64,000 nucleotides of DNA, taken from the NCBI GenBank assembly GCA_964016885.1, contig OZ024740.1:186496001-186560000 (forward strand), in the 5' to 3' direction. The translations under genes and the position numbers were made by a program. How positions within the stretch are numbered: position 1 is the stretch's first letter; each line of letters begins with the position of its first letter. Of this stretch, positions 1 to 13,279 are shown piece by piece. Below the pieces are notes generated by a model. The model was not told where the DNA came from. It saw only the letters and a program-made list of their open reading frames with translations, and ran no database searches. This DNA comes from Eledone cirrhosa. Its lineage: Eukaryota.

Positions 1-831
1 AGTGGTTGGCATCCTCTGGACTGAAATCGGAGACTGAAGGACTGATTATATCAGCACAAGATCAGTGTCTGCCAACAAAAAATTACCAAGCCAACATAAT
101 AAAAAATGGATGCAGCCCATTATGCCGTGTATGCAAAAAACAACCAGAGACCATTGACCATATAATTTCAATGTGCAGTCCTATAGCTCCAACCGAATAC
201 CTAAACAGGCATGACAGAGCTGCACAATACATACATTGGATAATGTGTAAGCATTTTGACCTGCCCCATCAAAAGAATTGGTGGGAGCATCAACCACCTC
301 CCATACTTGAAAAAGATCACATCTCAATCTTGTGGAACTTTAGCATCCAAACAGACCGAAAAATAGATGCAAATAGACCTGATATAATATTGAAGGACTT
401 TAAAAAGAGGGTATGCCTGCTAATTGATATGTCTGTTCCAATAGACAAGAATGTATCTATAAAAACATTTGAAAAATTGAGCAAGTATAAGGACCTGGAG
501 ATAGAAATTGGAAAAATGTGGAATTGAGAACTAAAACAATACCAGTGGTTGTAGGCGCTCTGGGAATGATACCTAAGGGGTCTAATGATTACTTATCGCA
601 AATCCCAGGAAACCCGCGTATAGGAGAAATACAAAAGATAGTACTAATGGAAACTGCCCATATACTAAGGAAGATTCTGTCAATATAAGTACATCACAAG
701 TCTAAACACTAAAGATGCATGTGTGAGAATGTAAGTTCTTTCTTGAACATTGCGGACCTTGTTGTCTCTTGAGGTCACAGGTTGTGACTTGGTGATAACT
801 CGTATGAACATAAAGCAAGATAAATGCAATT

Positions 832-864
<33 letters not shown>

Positions 865-885
865 CAATAATAATAATAATAATAA
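1..885 (+). mobile_element. R4/Dong-clade non-LTR retrotransposon, family A, 3' portion (REL endonuclease region, 3' UTR, (TAA)n tail)
   Basis: ORF 6-527 has a CCHC knuckle (CRVCKKQPETIDHIISMC), RHD and RPDII...D...K restriction-like endonuclease motifs. There is a premature stop at 525-527 and a (TAA)n tail at about 833-885. The element runs off the window start. Confidence 0.9.
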
Positions 886-1182
886 ACCAATACCAGTGGT
901 TGTAGGCGCTCTAAGAATGATACCTAAGGAGTCTAATGATTACTTATCGCAAATCCCAGGAATCCCGCGTATAGGAGAAATACAAAAGATAGTACTAATG
1001 GGAACTGCCCATATACTAAGGAAGATTCTGTCAATATAAGTACATCACAAGTCTAAACACTAAAGATGCATGTGTGAGTATGTATGTTCTTTCTTGAACA
1101 TGGCGGACCTTGTTGTCTCTTGAGGTCACTGGTTGTGACTTGGTGATAACTCGTATGAACATAAAGCATGATAAATGCAGCT

Positions 1183-1226
<44 letters not shown>
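886..1226 (+). mobile_element. Second copy of the last ~350 bp of Dong family A, in tandem, with its own (TAA)n tail
   Basis: caataccagtggttgtaggcgctc...gataaatgca closely repeats ~537-830 and is followed by (TAA)n at 1183-1226. Confidence 0.9.
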
Positions 1227-2529
1227 TGACACAAGTATTTGGGTGTTCTGGAGGCTGATCACATCAAGAACAAAAAAATGAAGGAATTGATAAGATCTGA
1301 ATACATTCGAAGAGTAAGGAGCGTATTAAAATCACATCTGAACAGTAGGAATGCCATAAGTGCAGTAAATTCCCGAGCTGTATCTATTATTAGGTACAGT
1401 GCGGGAATGGTGAGATAGAATGTTGCTGAACAAAAAGAAATGGATAGGAAGACTAGGAAGCTATTGACTATCTACATGTTCCACGAGAGGAGTGATGTCG
1501 ATAGACTCTACTTAAGGAGATCTGACGGTGGAAGAGGTCTTATCAGCATAGAGGACTGTGTTCAGATGGAGAAAAACAACCTACACAAATACGTGACTGA
1601 TAGTAAGGAGCCAATGCTCAGAATTGTACTGAAAGAGAGGATAATAGACCAGGGGATGTCCAAGGAGGAAATAACAACAAGGAGAAAGAGCAGCCTTCAG
1701 GAAAAACCCCTTCATAGTACCTTCTTTGAGAAAACTGAATTCAGAGATCCACAGACATGGAACTGGTTGAAAACAGGCGACCTTAAAAGGGCTACAGAAG
1801 GAATGCTAATGGCTGCGCAAGAGCATGCCCTCCAAACGAAGTGGTTCAAACACCATATTTACAAGGAGGAGGCTAGCCCACTGTGCAGGATCTGTGGAGA
1901 GAGAGAGGAGACTGTGGCTCACATTGTATCCGAGTGTAAACACCTAGCCCAGACTCACTATAAGGGCTGGAGACATGATGTGATGGGCAGGGTGATCCAC
2001 TGGCACCTATGCAAAGTAAACAATTTACCACATTCCGAGAAGTGGTATGAGCATAAGCCAGAGTCAGTGATAGAAAACGATCAGGTGAAGGTGCTGTGGG
2101 ATTTTAGGATACAGACGGACAAGAAACTGGAACACAATAGACCTGACCTGGTGGTTTTGGACAAGGAAAAAAGATCGTGCCTGATTGTGGATGTGGCCTG
2201 CCCATTCGACACGAGAGTGCAAGAGGAGGAGAGGGAGAAAATTAACCGATACCAGGACTTAAAGTGGGAGGTAAATAGGATTTAGAACTGCCATGACGTC
2301 AAAGTGGTCCCGATTGTCATAGGCGCACTAGGTACTATCACTAGGTACTTTCCAGGGATGGTTAAAGAAAATTGGCCACGCTTTTTGGAACGCTTCAAAA
2401 GGCGTGCTTGCTGGGAACAGCAAGAACCCTCCGATACGTCCTGAATATCTGATGCTGCAGGTAGTGGCTTGATATTCATTTCAACAAACTTTCCAGTTAA
2501 CTAATATCCATGACTGAGACTCAAAGAAC

Positions 2530-2580
<51 letters not shown>
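1227..2580 (+). mobile_element. R4/Dong-clade LINE family B, 5'-truncated copy
   Basis: ORF 1440-2285 has DVDRLYLRRSDGGRGL, CRICGEREETVAHIVSEC, RHD and RPDLVV motifs. It is colinear with 6070-7336, ends in (TAA)n at 2530-2580 and starts directly after the previous (TAA)n. Confidence 0.92.
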
Positions 2581-2581
<1 letters not shown>

Positions 2582-3164
2582 GGAAAGATACGCACATGGT
2601 GGATAGAGTGTTTTCGAATCGTTCCAGTAAGTTTTTGATTTTTTACATATTTAAAACAATTGTGATAGAATACTTTTTATTACAAATGGAACATAAGATA
2701 CCAGTCTTAGCTCTCAGGAAGTGAGAACGTCTCACATTACGGCATAGGGATCCAATATTTAATATTCAATTTTGTATCAGAAATTTTATAGTAAAAAAAG
2801 AAAATGGCTACAAACAACAGCCAAATAATTTCACCACTAACACCACCACCGCCGCCGCCACCATCACCACTACAACAAAAAATCTAGCCAAATACAAATA
2901 CAAACCAACGGCTGCAGCAAAACTATCACTATATTACTACTATCCCATCACCATCGACACCACTGCATCATCGCTACCACCACTATTCCCTCACTACCTC
3001 CTGTGAATAGAAGCGAGAAAGGTATCAAAATATATAAATAGACTGATTCAGTGTCCCGGTCAAATAGCTAACAACAACAACAGCACCAAAATAATTATTG
3101 TTGTTGTATCTCTAAACTCTCTCAAAATGTTTAGTTTAAACGATGTCAAATCTAAACTATAATA

Positions 3165-3322
3165 TAATAATAATAATTGTTTCTAATTTTGGCACAAGGC
3201 CAGCAAATTACCCAGTGCATTACTGGTACTTTATTTTATCGACCCCGGAAGGATGAAAGGCAAAGTTAACCTCGGTGGCATTTGAACTCAGATTATACAG
3301 GGAGGTAACTCTATGCTTCAAA
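3165..3322 (-). mobile_element. tRNA-derived SINE (SINE-A), 5'-truncated
   Basis: Reverse complement of the 3' part of 26458-26648, with an (ATT)n tail. Confidence 0.85.
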
Positions 3323-3337
3323 ACATAATATAATACA

Positions 3338-3524
3338 AATTGTTTCTACTTTAGGCACAAGGCCAGCAATTACCCAGTGCATTACTGGTACTTTATTTTA
3401 TCGACCCCGTAAGGATGAAAGGCAAAGTTAACCTCGGTGGGATTTGAACTCAGATCGTAAAGGGACGGAACTATGCTGGAAAGCATGGCGTCCGACCCTC
3501 TACCGATACTGCCAATCCACCGCC
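3338..3524 (-). mobile_element. tRNA-derived SINE (SINE-A), full length
   Basis: Near-identical reverse complement of 26458-26648, including the A box TGGCAGTATCGG and B box GAGTTCAAATCC. Confidence 0.9.
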
Positions 3525-3819
3525 ATTATAATAATAAGGATAAGCAACAAGTCGAAAAATTATGGAACAGAACACAGACAAAAACAAATGCAACAAAAAC
3601 AAATTTCAAAAGTTTTGAACGCAACAATCCCTCGAAGCTAAAATCAAAACAGCAGCAGCAGCACCAACAACACTAGTAACCGATGTTACTGGCCTTGAAA
3701 AACGAAAAACGTAAAGGAAAAATAACAAACAAAAAAACTAAGTCAGACATTCAAACATTACAATGAAACTTATGTTTATTTTTTAAAGTTTTTATCGATT
3801 TATTTATTTATGTTCGTCT

Positions 3820-6800
3820 ACAGAGTGATGCTGCCACGCTAAAATCACCAGGGGTGATGAAATCACCGATGGTTATGTAACCATACATTCACCAATCCTC
3901 GATATGAGTGTTTAAATGTCGAACCTAAACAGTTCGAATAACGGTGAAAAGGAGACTGGAACGTTATGTGACAGACTCTCACTCAGCAAGTGCTCCCTGG
4001 CCCAGCAGCAGGGACCTGGTTGTCATCCAAATACTGCTGGTGTTGGAGGAAGAAGAAGAAGGAAAGGGACAAGAACCAACTGGACGAAAGAATTGAATAG
4101 AACTGTTATGCAATGTTACCTGACGATTAACCCCAAGGAAAGGGGCTAGAAATGGATGCATATCATCTGGAACGAGATTGGTCTATTTAAATTAGATGAA
4201 CCAAAATTGGCCGGGAAGGCTCAGGTAATAAGAACTAATGAATGGATAAGTGAGTTGGAACTGGAGGAACTGAGTAGAGAGATTAGGTTGGAAATGGAGA
4301 GTGGAGTATGCCATGCAAACGAGCCAGTGAGAAATGAGGGTTAAGAGGTTGAGAGAACAGAGGAAGCATCTGAAGCAGACAATGACCTGAATGCTGAAAT
4401 AAATAACATCTGGAACAAATATACAGCCATTGAGGAAAAGAATGCTGACGGGCTAGAGCAAGATTTGCTTGATATCCTAAACTTAGAGGTAGATGAAATG
4501 AATAATGATAGTGGGAAACGTATGAACCTAAGATTTGTAAACAGGAAAAAGTTCAAAGAAACAACAGCTAAGATAAACAAAGTCATCCCATACCTTGAGG
4601 CGAGGAACCTTCACAAATGCAACAATATCCTCAAAGCAACAGCAAATGCAGTGAGGAAATTATTGGCATAAAAATGAGAGGAAAAACAAACAAGAAAGAT
4701 CAGAACCTTGGTGGAAGAAACGACTGAATGGTCAAATCAAGGAAATGAGAAATCTCATTGGAAAGCTTGAATCTCTACTGAATGGGACACTACAAAACAT
4801 AGACACTAAAAATAGTATGGAAATAAAGTACAAAACTAGGAAGAAAAAGCTAAATATTATCATAGAGGAACTGAAGCAACGCATTGTAGCAAAAAGTGCA
4901 AAGATTAGGCGGTATGAGAGCAGAGTCAGTATAGACAGATCCGCATGTTTGACAACAATCAGAAGATGTTGTTTGGACAGCTTGAAGAGAAAGAAAGAGG
5001 CAACGACTTGATCCCTGAGGCGGAACAGACTAAGACATTCTGGAGAGGAATATGGGAGCAGGATGTTGAACATAATGATCAGGCAGTGTGGATTGAGGCA
5101 GTACGAAAGAGATTAGAGAACAAGCACACCAACAAACTGATTTGAGTATCACAGTTGAAACTCTTAAAGGGCAGGCCAAACAACTAACCAACTGGAAATC
5201 ACCAGGCCTAGATGGTGTGCAGGGGTATTGGATTAAAACTATAACATCCCTCCACAACCATGTTCAATGACTGCTTGATGTCGGGTGAAGTACCATAGTT
5301 GTTGACAAAACGTTCCATAGTCCTGGTAATGAAAGACCGAATCAAAGGTAATGATGTTACCAACTATAGACCTATCACATATTTGTCCGTAATGTGGAAA
5401 CTGTTATCAAGCATTATGTCTGAGGAAATCTACCATCACCTCCACATAAACAACTTGTTACCGGACGAACAGAAAGGATGCTGAAAGAAGTCCCGTGGTA
5501 CAAAAGACCAGTTACTTATTGATAAGATGGTAATGAGGAATTGCAAGAGGAGACACACTAGTCTTGCCATGGGATGGATAGACTACAAAAAAACATTCGA
5601 CAGAGTACCTCATTCTTGGATAACCAAAAGCCTAGAGATCTTCAAGGTGCCAGATAACATCAGACAGTTGTTGAGCAAAACTATGAAGTCCTGGGAAACA
5701 GAGTTGACATTGGGTGGAGAATCCTTGGGAGGCGTGAAGATCAAGAGAGATATCTTCCAAGGAGATAGTTTGTCTCCTCTGTTGTTTGTCATTATACTGC
5801 GAAAGGTCAGTGCAGGATACATGTTGGGAAAAGGAGAGCTTACCATCAACCACCTCCTCTTCATGGACGATCTTAAACTCTTTGGGAAGAGTGAGAAGGA
5901 GTTGGATGTACTTGTTGACACTGTCCGTATTTTCAGCAATGATATATGTATGGAATTTGTTATTAATAAGTGTGGAGTCCTAGTGATGAAGATGGGTAAA
6001 CTGAGCCGAAGCAACGGAATCCAGGTACCAACAGGTGAGATGATAAAGGAAATTGTCACTGAAGAAGGATACAACTATTTAGCTGTTCTGGAGGAAGATG
6101 ACATCAAGAACAAAAAAATGAAGGAATTGATAAGATCTGAGAACATTAGAGTAAGGAGCGTATTAAAATCACATCTAAATAGTAGGAATGTCATAAGTGC
6201 AGTGAATCCCCGAGCTGTGTCTATTATTAGGTACAGTGCGGGAATTCTGAAATGGAATGTTGCTGAACAAAAATAAATGGATAGGAAGACAAGGAAGCTA
6301 TCGACTATCTACAACATTTTCCACAAGAGGAGTGATGTCGATAGACTCTACTTTAGGAGATCTGAAGGTGGAAGAGGTCTTATCAGCATAGAGGACTGTG
6401 TTCAGATGGAGAAAAGCAACCTGCACAAATCGTGACCGACAGTAGGGAGCCAATGCTCAGAATTGTACTGAAGGAGAGAACAATAGACCAGGGGATACTT
6501 CATAGTATCTTCTTTGAGAAAAACTGAATTTAGAGATCTACAGACATGGAACTGGTTAAAAAGAGAAGACCTTAAAAAGGCTACAGAAGGAATGCTAATG
6601 GCTGCGCAAGAGCAGGCACTCAAAATGAAGTAGGTGAAACACCATATTTACAAGGAAGAGGCTAGCCCACTGTGTAGGATCTGTGGAGAGAGAGGGGAGA
6701 CTGTGGCTCACATTGTATCCGAGTGTAAACACTAGCCCAGACTCACTATAAAGGCTGGAGACATGATGTGGTGGGCAGGGTGATCCACTGGCACCTATGC

Positions 6801-7336
6801 AAAGTAAACAATTTACCACATTCTGAGAAGTGGTATGAGCATAAACCAGAGTCGGTGATAGAAAACGGATAAGAAACTGGAACACAATAGACTTGACCTA
6901 GTGGTTTTGGACAAGGAAATAAGATCGTGCCTGATTGTAGATGTAGCCTGCCCATCTGAGGAATGGGAAAACATTGTAGGATCTGTGGAGAGAGAGGGGA
7001 GACTGTGCAAGAAAAGGAGAGGGAGAAAATTAACCGATACCAGGACTTAAAGTGGGAGGTAAAAAGGATTTGGGACTGCCATGAAGTCAGAGTGGTCCCG
7101 ATTGTCATAGGTGCACTAGGTACTATCACAAAGAGTTTCCAAGGATGGTTAAAGAAAGTTAGTCCAGCCCCGCTTTTTGGAACACTTCAAAAGGCATGCT
7201 TACTGGGAACAGCAAGAACCCTCCGATACATCCTGAATATCTGAGGCTGCAGGTAGCGGCTTGATATTCATTTCAACAAACTTTCCAGTTAAATAACATC
7301 AATGACTGAGACTCAAAGAACAATAATAATAATAAT
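3820..7336 (+). mobile_element. R4/Dong-clade LINE family B, near full length, degenerate
   Basis: Fragmented ORFs give the R4-type N-terminus (WTKELNRTVMQCY), RT motifs ([45 protein letters not shown]), a CCHC knuckle and the REL C-terminus (VPIVIGALG...LQKACLLGTA). Many stops and frameshifts; short (AAT)n tail. The 5' boundary is approximate. Confidence 0.92.
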
Positions 7337-8571
7337 GATTTCTCTATTGGCTACAAGGGCTGACATCAAGAAAAACATTACAGATGACTCAGGACGGTAT
7401 GATGTGGGTTTTGTGCGTGTAAAGATTTTTATTATTTATATAAGAAATGAAAAAGAAAAAAGACAGAAACATATATATATATAAACAATAAAAATGAAAA
7501 TTCAAACAATGAAAATTTCTCCAATAGGGGGGAAACCCCCGAGGGTTACTCGTAGCGAAAACCACACAAAAGACCACCGCCACTGTGACCACTAGGAGAG
7601 CGCCCTCTCTCAATGTTTTCCCATTCCTCAAACTACAAGCATATATTCAGAGCGGTCCTGTTCACTCGGACCATTCTCGCTACATTCACCCACCTTTCAA
7701 CAAACTTTCTAGAAGGCAGCACTTGCCTCTCCACCCTGATTTTCCTCTTCAAGTGAAACTTGAAAAAGGTAATTGGGGATTCTCCGAAGAGGAAAGTGTC
7801 TGTCTTTAACCCTTTCAACCTTGTCCACCACACAATGTCTTCCGCCATGGCCACCAGGCAGATGAAAACTGCCTGCCCGTCCTCCTCGAAGGAAGACGGC
7901 GAGACCATCTGCACAATGAACTCAGTCGATAACCGGATCGGTCGTACACGCGACAGCAACTGTTCGACATAGCTCCCCAAGTCAGCAATGCTCGGGCACT
8001 GAACGAGTGCGTGCATGACGGTTTTGTCGCTCTGCGCGCATCTCGGACAGGCTCGGCTGACGGCACTTCCGTGCCTGTAGAGCTTATCTCGAACCGGCAA
8101 AGCTCCCCGGTAGCACTGCCAGGCCAGGGATTTCTGGAAGTTATCCATAGGCCCTGGGCTGAAAGTTCTGCGGAAGAGAGCAAACAATTGATTTTCTTCG
8201 ACGCCCAGGTTCTCTCCGAGAACGTCGTCGCTCTTCCCCTCCACTAGTCCTCTATAGAACGCCGAGGTGGATGTTCCACCGATACTGGTGCCCAGCTGGC
8301 AGATGGCAGTGAGCGCCTGGAGGCATTCCAGTTTCCAAGCGCTATCCCTCGGTATTTTCCTGACCCAGGACTGCAGTTCCGTCAAGGAGACGAACTGTAG
8401 AAAAACGTGCCTGGCGAACGACGACCACACCAGTTCACCGTCAAGGATGCACCAGAGATGTCGCAACCTCAGCACATGTTTGCACATCATCAGCCATGGC
8501 ATGCCCAGTGCTCCACGCAACGGGTGTTGACAGCAGATGGATCGTCTGACCATGGGAGCGCGTCCCTTCCA
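7337..8571 (-). mobile_element. Tx1/L1-clade LINE (Tx1-a), 5'-truncated: ORF2 C-terminus and 3' UTR
   Basis: ORF 7633-8553 has the L1/Tx1 zinc-binding region (LAWQCYRGALPV...CPRCAQSDKTVMHALVQC) and is homologous to 9745-10920. Flanked by (AAT)n on both sides. Confidence 0.88.
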
Positions 8572-8584
8572 AAAATAATAATAA

Positions 8585-9741
8585 CTTGTTGAAAAGCATG
8601 AGAGAAGTAAGAAGCTTCATTCTATCTTGAAGGAGTGTAAAACATATGCTACTGATCTCATGCTTGATACCCAGGTTGGACAGACTAAAGAAACTATTGC
8701 AACTAATGGTGCTAGGCACATAAAATCACTGGCAAAAACAAAAGGGCAAGGACAATTAGCATCAAATTGGGAGCAGAAACCTCTGCGTAGCAAACAAGCT
8801 GATGTTGACCAAAAGCACACCCATCAGTGGCTACGTAGTTCAGGGCTAAAGGCGGAGAGTGAAGGCTTCATCTTAGCTGCCCAAGATCAAATCTTATTGA
8901 CTCGTAATTACCAGGCCAATGTGATGAGAAACGGAATAAACCCAAAGTGCCAATTCTGTAATGCTGGGGTTGAAACAGTGGATCACTTAGTCTCTGGATG
9001 TAAAGTTTTAGCACCAGTAGAATACAAATATAGACATGATAGAGTTAGCCAATATCTACACTGGGTAATATGTCGGCATTACAAAATCAAAGATGAAGAC
9101 AAGTGGTACAATCATCACCCTGAGGGTGTAACTGAAGGAGAAAAAGTAACAATTCTCTGGGACTTTCCTGTACATACTGACAGGACCATAAAAGCAAATA
9201 GACCTGACATCATTATAAAAGATCAACATAACAAGGTCCGTTTGTTGATAGATATGAGCATCCCATGTGATCACAATATCGCGGAAAAAAAAATTTGACA
9301 AGCTACGAAAATATAAAGATCTGCTTATTGAAATTGAGAAAATGTGGCACCTCAAGGCCGTTACAATACCAGGGAGGACTGGGAATGATCAAGAAAGGAA
9401 GAGAACAATATTTGCGAATGATTCCTGGTTTAATATCTCTGCACGAGGTGCAAACAATTGTTTTGACTGGTACTGCACGTATTGAGAAGAGCACTATCTC
9501 TGTAAGATTGATATCCCTCCTTGTATTTATATATGCATATGAACATGTTTATATATGTATACTGTTGTATTTTTTATTATAATCACTGTGCTGTATTAAC
9601 TGGCTTACCAATGCACACTGTGAATTTATTTGCCCTAGGTGTTAGGAAGACACTCAGCATATATCTCAGAAACCATGAAAGAAAATAAAAATGATGATAA
9701 TAATAATATATAATAATAATAATAATATTAATAATAATAAT
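8585..9741 (+). mobile_element. R4/Dong-clade LINE family C, 5'-truncated
   Basis: ORF 8627-9298 has GLKAESEGFILAAQDQ, CQFC...ETVDHLVSGC, RHD and RPDII motifs. Frameshift in the A-run near 9290; degenerate (TAA)n tail at 9690-9741. Confidence 0.9.
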
Positions 9742-12700
9742 ACTTTCTTTATTAACCACAATGGTTGACATAAAGGATAAGATTAAGTACAACACAGGAC
9801 AATACAAATGGGCATTTCTGCGTGTAAAAAAAACAAAAACAGAGTGTGACAAAAGGAAACGATGAAAAATTGCCAATAGCATGAGACCTCCGAGGATGCC
9901 CGTGGAGAAAGCCCACAAGAAAAGCCACGGTTACCCTGACGGCTAGGACAAATGCGCTCTTCCATCTTCCAGTTTTCCTCCTACAATGCTGCAGGCATAC
10001 GCTCAGGATAGACCCATTCACACGGGCCATTCTTGCCTCTCTCTCACCCACCTTTCAACAAACTGGCTGGAGGTCAGCACTTCCCTCTCCACCCTGATTT
10101 TCCTCTTCAGGTGAAACCTGAAAAAGTTAATGAGGCCGTCACCGAAGAGAAAAATACCGGTCCTCAACCCTTTCAGACGTGTCCAGCATACAATGTCTTT
10201 TACCATGGCCACCAGGCAGATAAAAACTGCCTGCCCTTCTCGGCTAAAGGAAGGCGGCAGGGCAATCTTCAGAATGGACTCAGCTGATAGCCAGATCTGT
10301 TCTACATGTGACAGCAGGGGTTCAGCATAAACCCACAAATCAGCAATGCTCGGACACTGGTCGAGTGCGTGCAGGACGGTTTCATCGCCCTGTGCACATC
10401 TCGGACAGGTTCGGCTGACACTTCCATGTTTGTAGAGTTTATCCCGAACTGGTAAGGCTCCTCGGTAGCACTGCCGGGCCAGGGATTTCTGGAAGTTGTC
10501 AATGGGCCCCGGCCTGAAAGTTCTTCCGCAGAGATTGGCTAGTTGGTTTTCGTCGATGCCTAGAGTCTCCCCAAGTATGTTGTTGCTCTTTCCTTCCCTT
10601 CCACTAATCCTCTATAGGAAGCCAAGGTGGAGTTTCCAACGATTGTATTGCTCGACTGTTCGAACGCCTGAAGACATTCTAGTCTCGAAGCGCTTCCTCT
10701 AGGTCTTCGCTTGACCCAGGACTGCAGCTCCGCCAAGGAGACAAGCTGGGAAAACATGTCTAGCAAAGAGCGACCACAGCTGATCACCGTAGAGGAAGAG
10801 GTGGAGATGCCATAGCCTGAGCGCATGTCTGCGCATCATCAGTCACGGCCTGCCCAGCCTCCGCGTAGCGGGTGTTGACAGCAGATGGACCTCCTGACCA
10901 TCGGAGCACGTCCCTTCCACAAAAAGCTAAAGAGCAAACGCTCCAGTGCAGTCAGGCGAGGCTTAGGACAAGGCACGATGGTCAGGCGGTAGTAGATGAC
11001 GGAAGCGATGTACGCATTCGCCACCTCCGCTCGACCTTTCAGGGATAGCTTCCTCTCGGCCCATTTCTGGGTGAGAGAAAACACCTTGCTCATGACCTCC
11101 TCCCAGTTTTTGTCCATCTGGCGGTCCGGACAGAACCAGGCCCCTAGCAATTTTACCGGTCCGTCCGTGCAGCGCCCGACGACGGTGTTGGGCAGCATGG
11201 ACCTGCCTCTCCAGGTGCCGAGTTGCAGGCCTACTGATTTTTCCTGGTTGATCATTGCTCCTGTCACTACCTCGTATTCTCTCAGTGTAGTGCCGATTGC
11301 CTCGACGTGTTTATGTGTTTGGTGTTCGACACCACTACAGTGATGTCGTCTGCATATGCTGACACTGTTCTTCCGCATCCTAGTTCACGTGGCACCCCCT
11401 CCACATCTCCAGTTTGTGCAGTAATGGCTCAAGAGTCAATACGTACAACAAGGACGAGAGAGGACATGCCTGGCGGATCCAGCGCATGATGTTGAACGGT
11501 TCCGAAAGGTAACCGTTCACTCTCACCACAGAGCAGATGTCGCTATGCATGACAGCAATCGAGCCTCTGAGGACAGGCCCAAAGCCAGCTGCTCTTAGGA
11601 CTGCTGCCAGATAACGATGGTCGACCCTATCGAAAGCTTTTGACTGATCTAAATTGATCAAAGACCCACCCATGCCGGCTTAAGGTGGAGGTTGTCGTGG
11701 TTGGATATCTCTGGATGGCGCATGTTTGCGCTTCTCCCACCAGACCACCAACGACAAGCGCCAACCTCTTTACTAGCACCTTGGCTAAAATCTTGAAGTC
11801 TGTGTTTAGCAGAGTTAAATGCCTGAAATGTTCTGTGTTATCCCACTTGTTCGGATCCTTTCTCAACAACGCCACCGATCCTCGGCTCACAGAGCTGAAG
11901 TTCATTCCGCGATGCGGCTCGCCATTGCCCCCGAACATCCGAGCAAAGTGCTGCTGAAAAGCCGCACACATCTGCCCGGTATCGAGTGTCATGTGCCCGT
12001 TGTGGTTCGCTAAAGACCAGATCATGGCTTTCTTGCCACGACGCGCTTCCGCCACCCGGGCCCATTGAACGGCTTTTGTCCCCTCATGTATGAGAGCACG
12101 CACTCTAGCTCTGACAACGCAGCCTTCGTGCTTAGCATTGAAAAATTGGTCGAGAGCCAATTTCGCCGCAAGCCCGTCGGTCGTGATGCCTTTACCAAGC
12201 GCCTCGTCTAATTTCTTAACTAGATTTCCTTCTGCTCTATTTTTCTTTGTTACTAGCGCTTTACTAAACCTAATGGATTCTATTCTAATCGCTCTTTTCA
12301 GGGCAAACCACCATTTGTTGTTGACGATGGTCTCCGTCAACGCCCGCTTAACTAAATCACTAATCCAGTCTCTGTAAGCTTTGCGCGCTGTTAATGGCGC
12401 GTTTAGTTTCCAGTAGCCGGGTCCCTGTCTATGAAGCCTATCTAAGGCAACCAAACAGATCACGAATTTGTGGTCCGTGTAGCTGATTATCTTGAATTGT
12501 CGACAGCCTATGCTAGGCCTATCTATTTCCCTACAAAATACTCTATTTAGATATGATCTGGATGACCCTATGCGGTTCGTCCAAGTCCACATTGGCACAT
12601 TCGGGAAATCCAATCGTTACCTTTCCGACAGTTGAAAACGCCTGAGTAGGTTTATGAGGCTTTTACACCCTCCTGCCTATCCGCTAATCCCACACAATCC

Positions 12701-13279
12701 CAGCGTGCATCTAAGATCCCGTTCCAGTCGCCCACTAACACTAGAGAGCGGGACGTTCCAAGAAAGGTCTCCAGACGCCGGAAGAATTCAGGACGTCCTG
12801 CTCCTGTTGGGTCATAGGCGGCCACTAGCCTGAAACTTTGTCCTTCTCCGCTGGTCACGTTCAGTACCACCAACTTGCCCTCTGGTTTCTAGAAGACGGC
12901 CTGTATCTTAAGATCCAGACTTCTCCGGAACAACACGGATCCCCCCCCCCCTGATCCGGGACGGCTTGGAGATATGTACACCACGTAGCCGCCGAAAATG
13001 GGTGCGAATGCCCGTCCCTCGGAGATTCTGGTCTCGCTGATGGCCACCATATCTATGTTTAGCGACCTGAGATCGTTCAGCAAGTGGCCCTGCTTCCATG
13101 ACGATCCCAGGCCACGTGCATTTATGCTACCTATTCTGGGAAAAACCATGTTGGCTAGAATAGGAGGAAAACAAGTGAGAGAGGAGAGGTACAAACATTA
13201 CCTGTGGCTCTTCTTTAGAAAGGGGGTGGGTGATCCATCCCTCCGACCATTGGTAGGTTTCTCCATGAGAATATCCGTG
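9742..13279 (-). mobile_element. Tx1/L1-clade LINE (Tx1-b), most of ORF2 plus the end of ORF1, degenerate
   Basis: APE endonuclease motifs (IGSINARGL, VAISETR, LVGDWN, TDHKFV), RT motifs (LNTDFKILAKVL, DQSKAFDRVDH, RQACPLSSLLY), GRAEVANAYIAS and the C-terminal zinc region. Probable ORF2 ATG at 13149; internal deletion near 11890. Confidence 0.92.
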
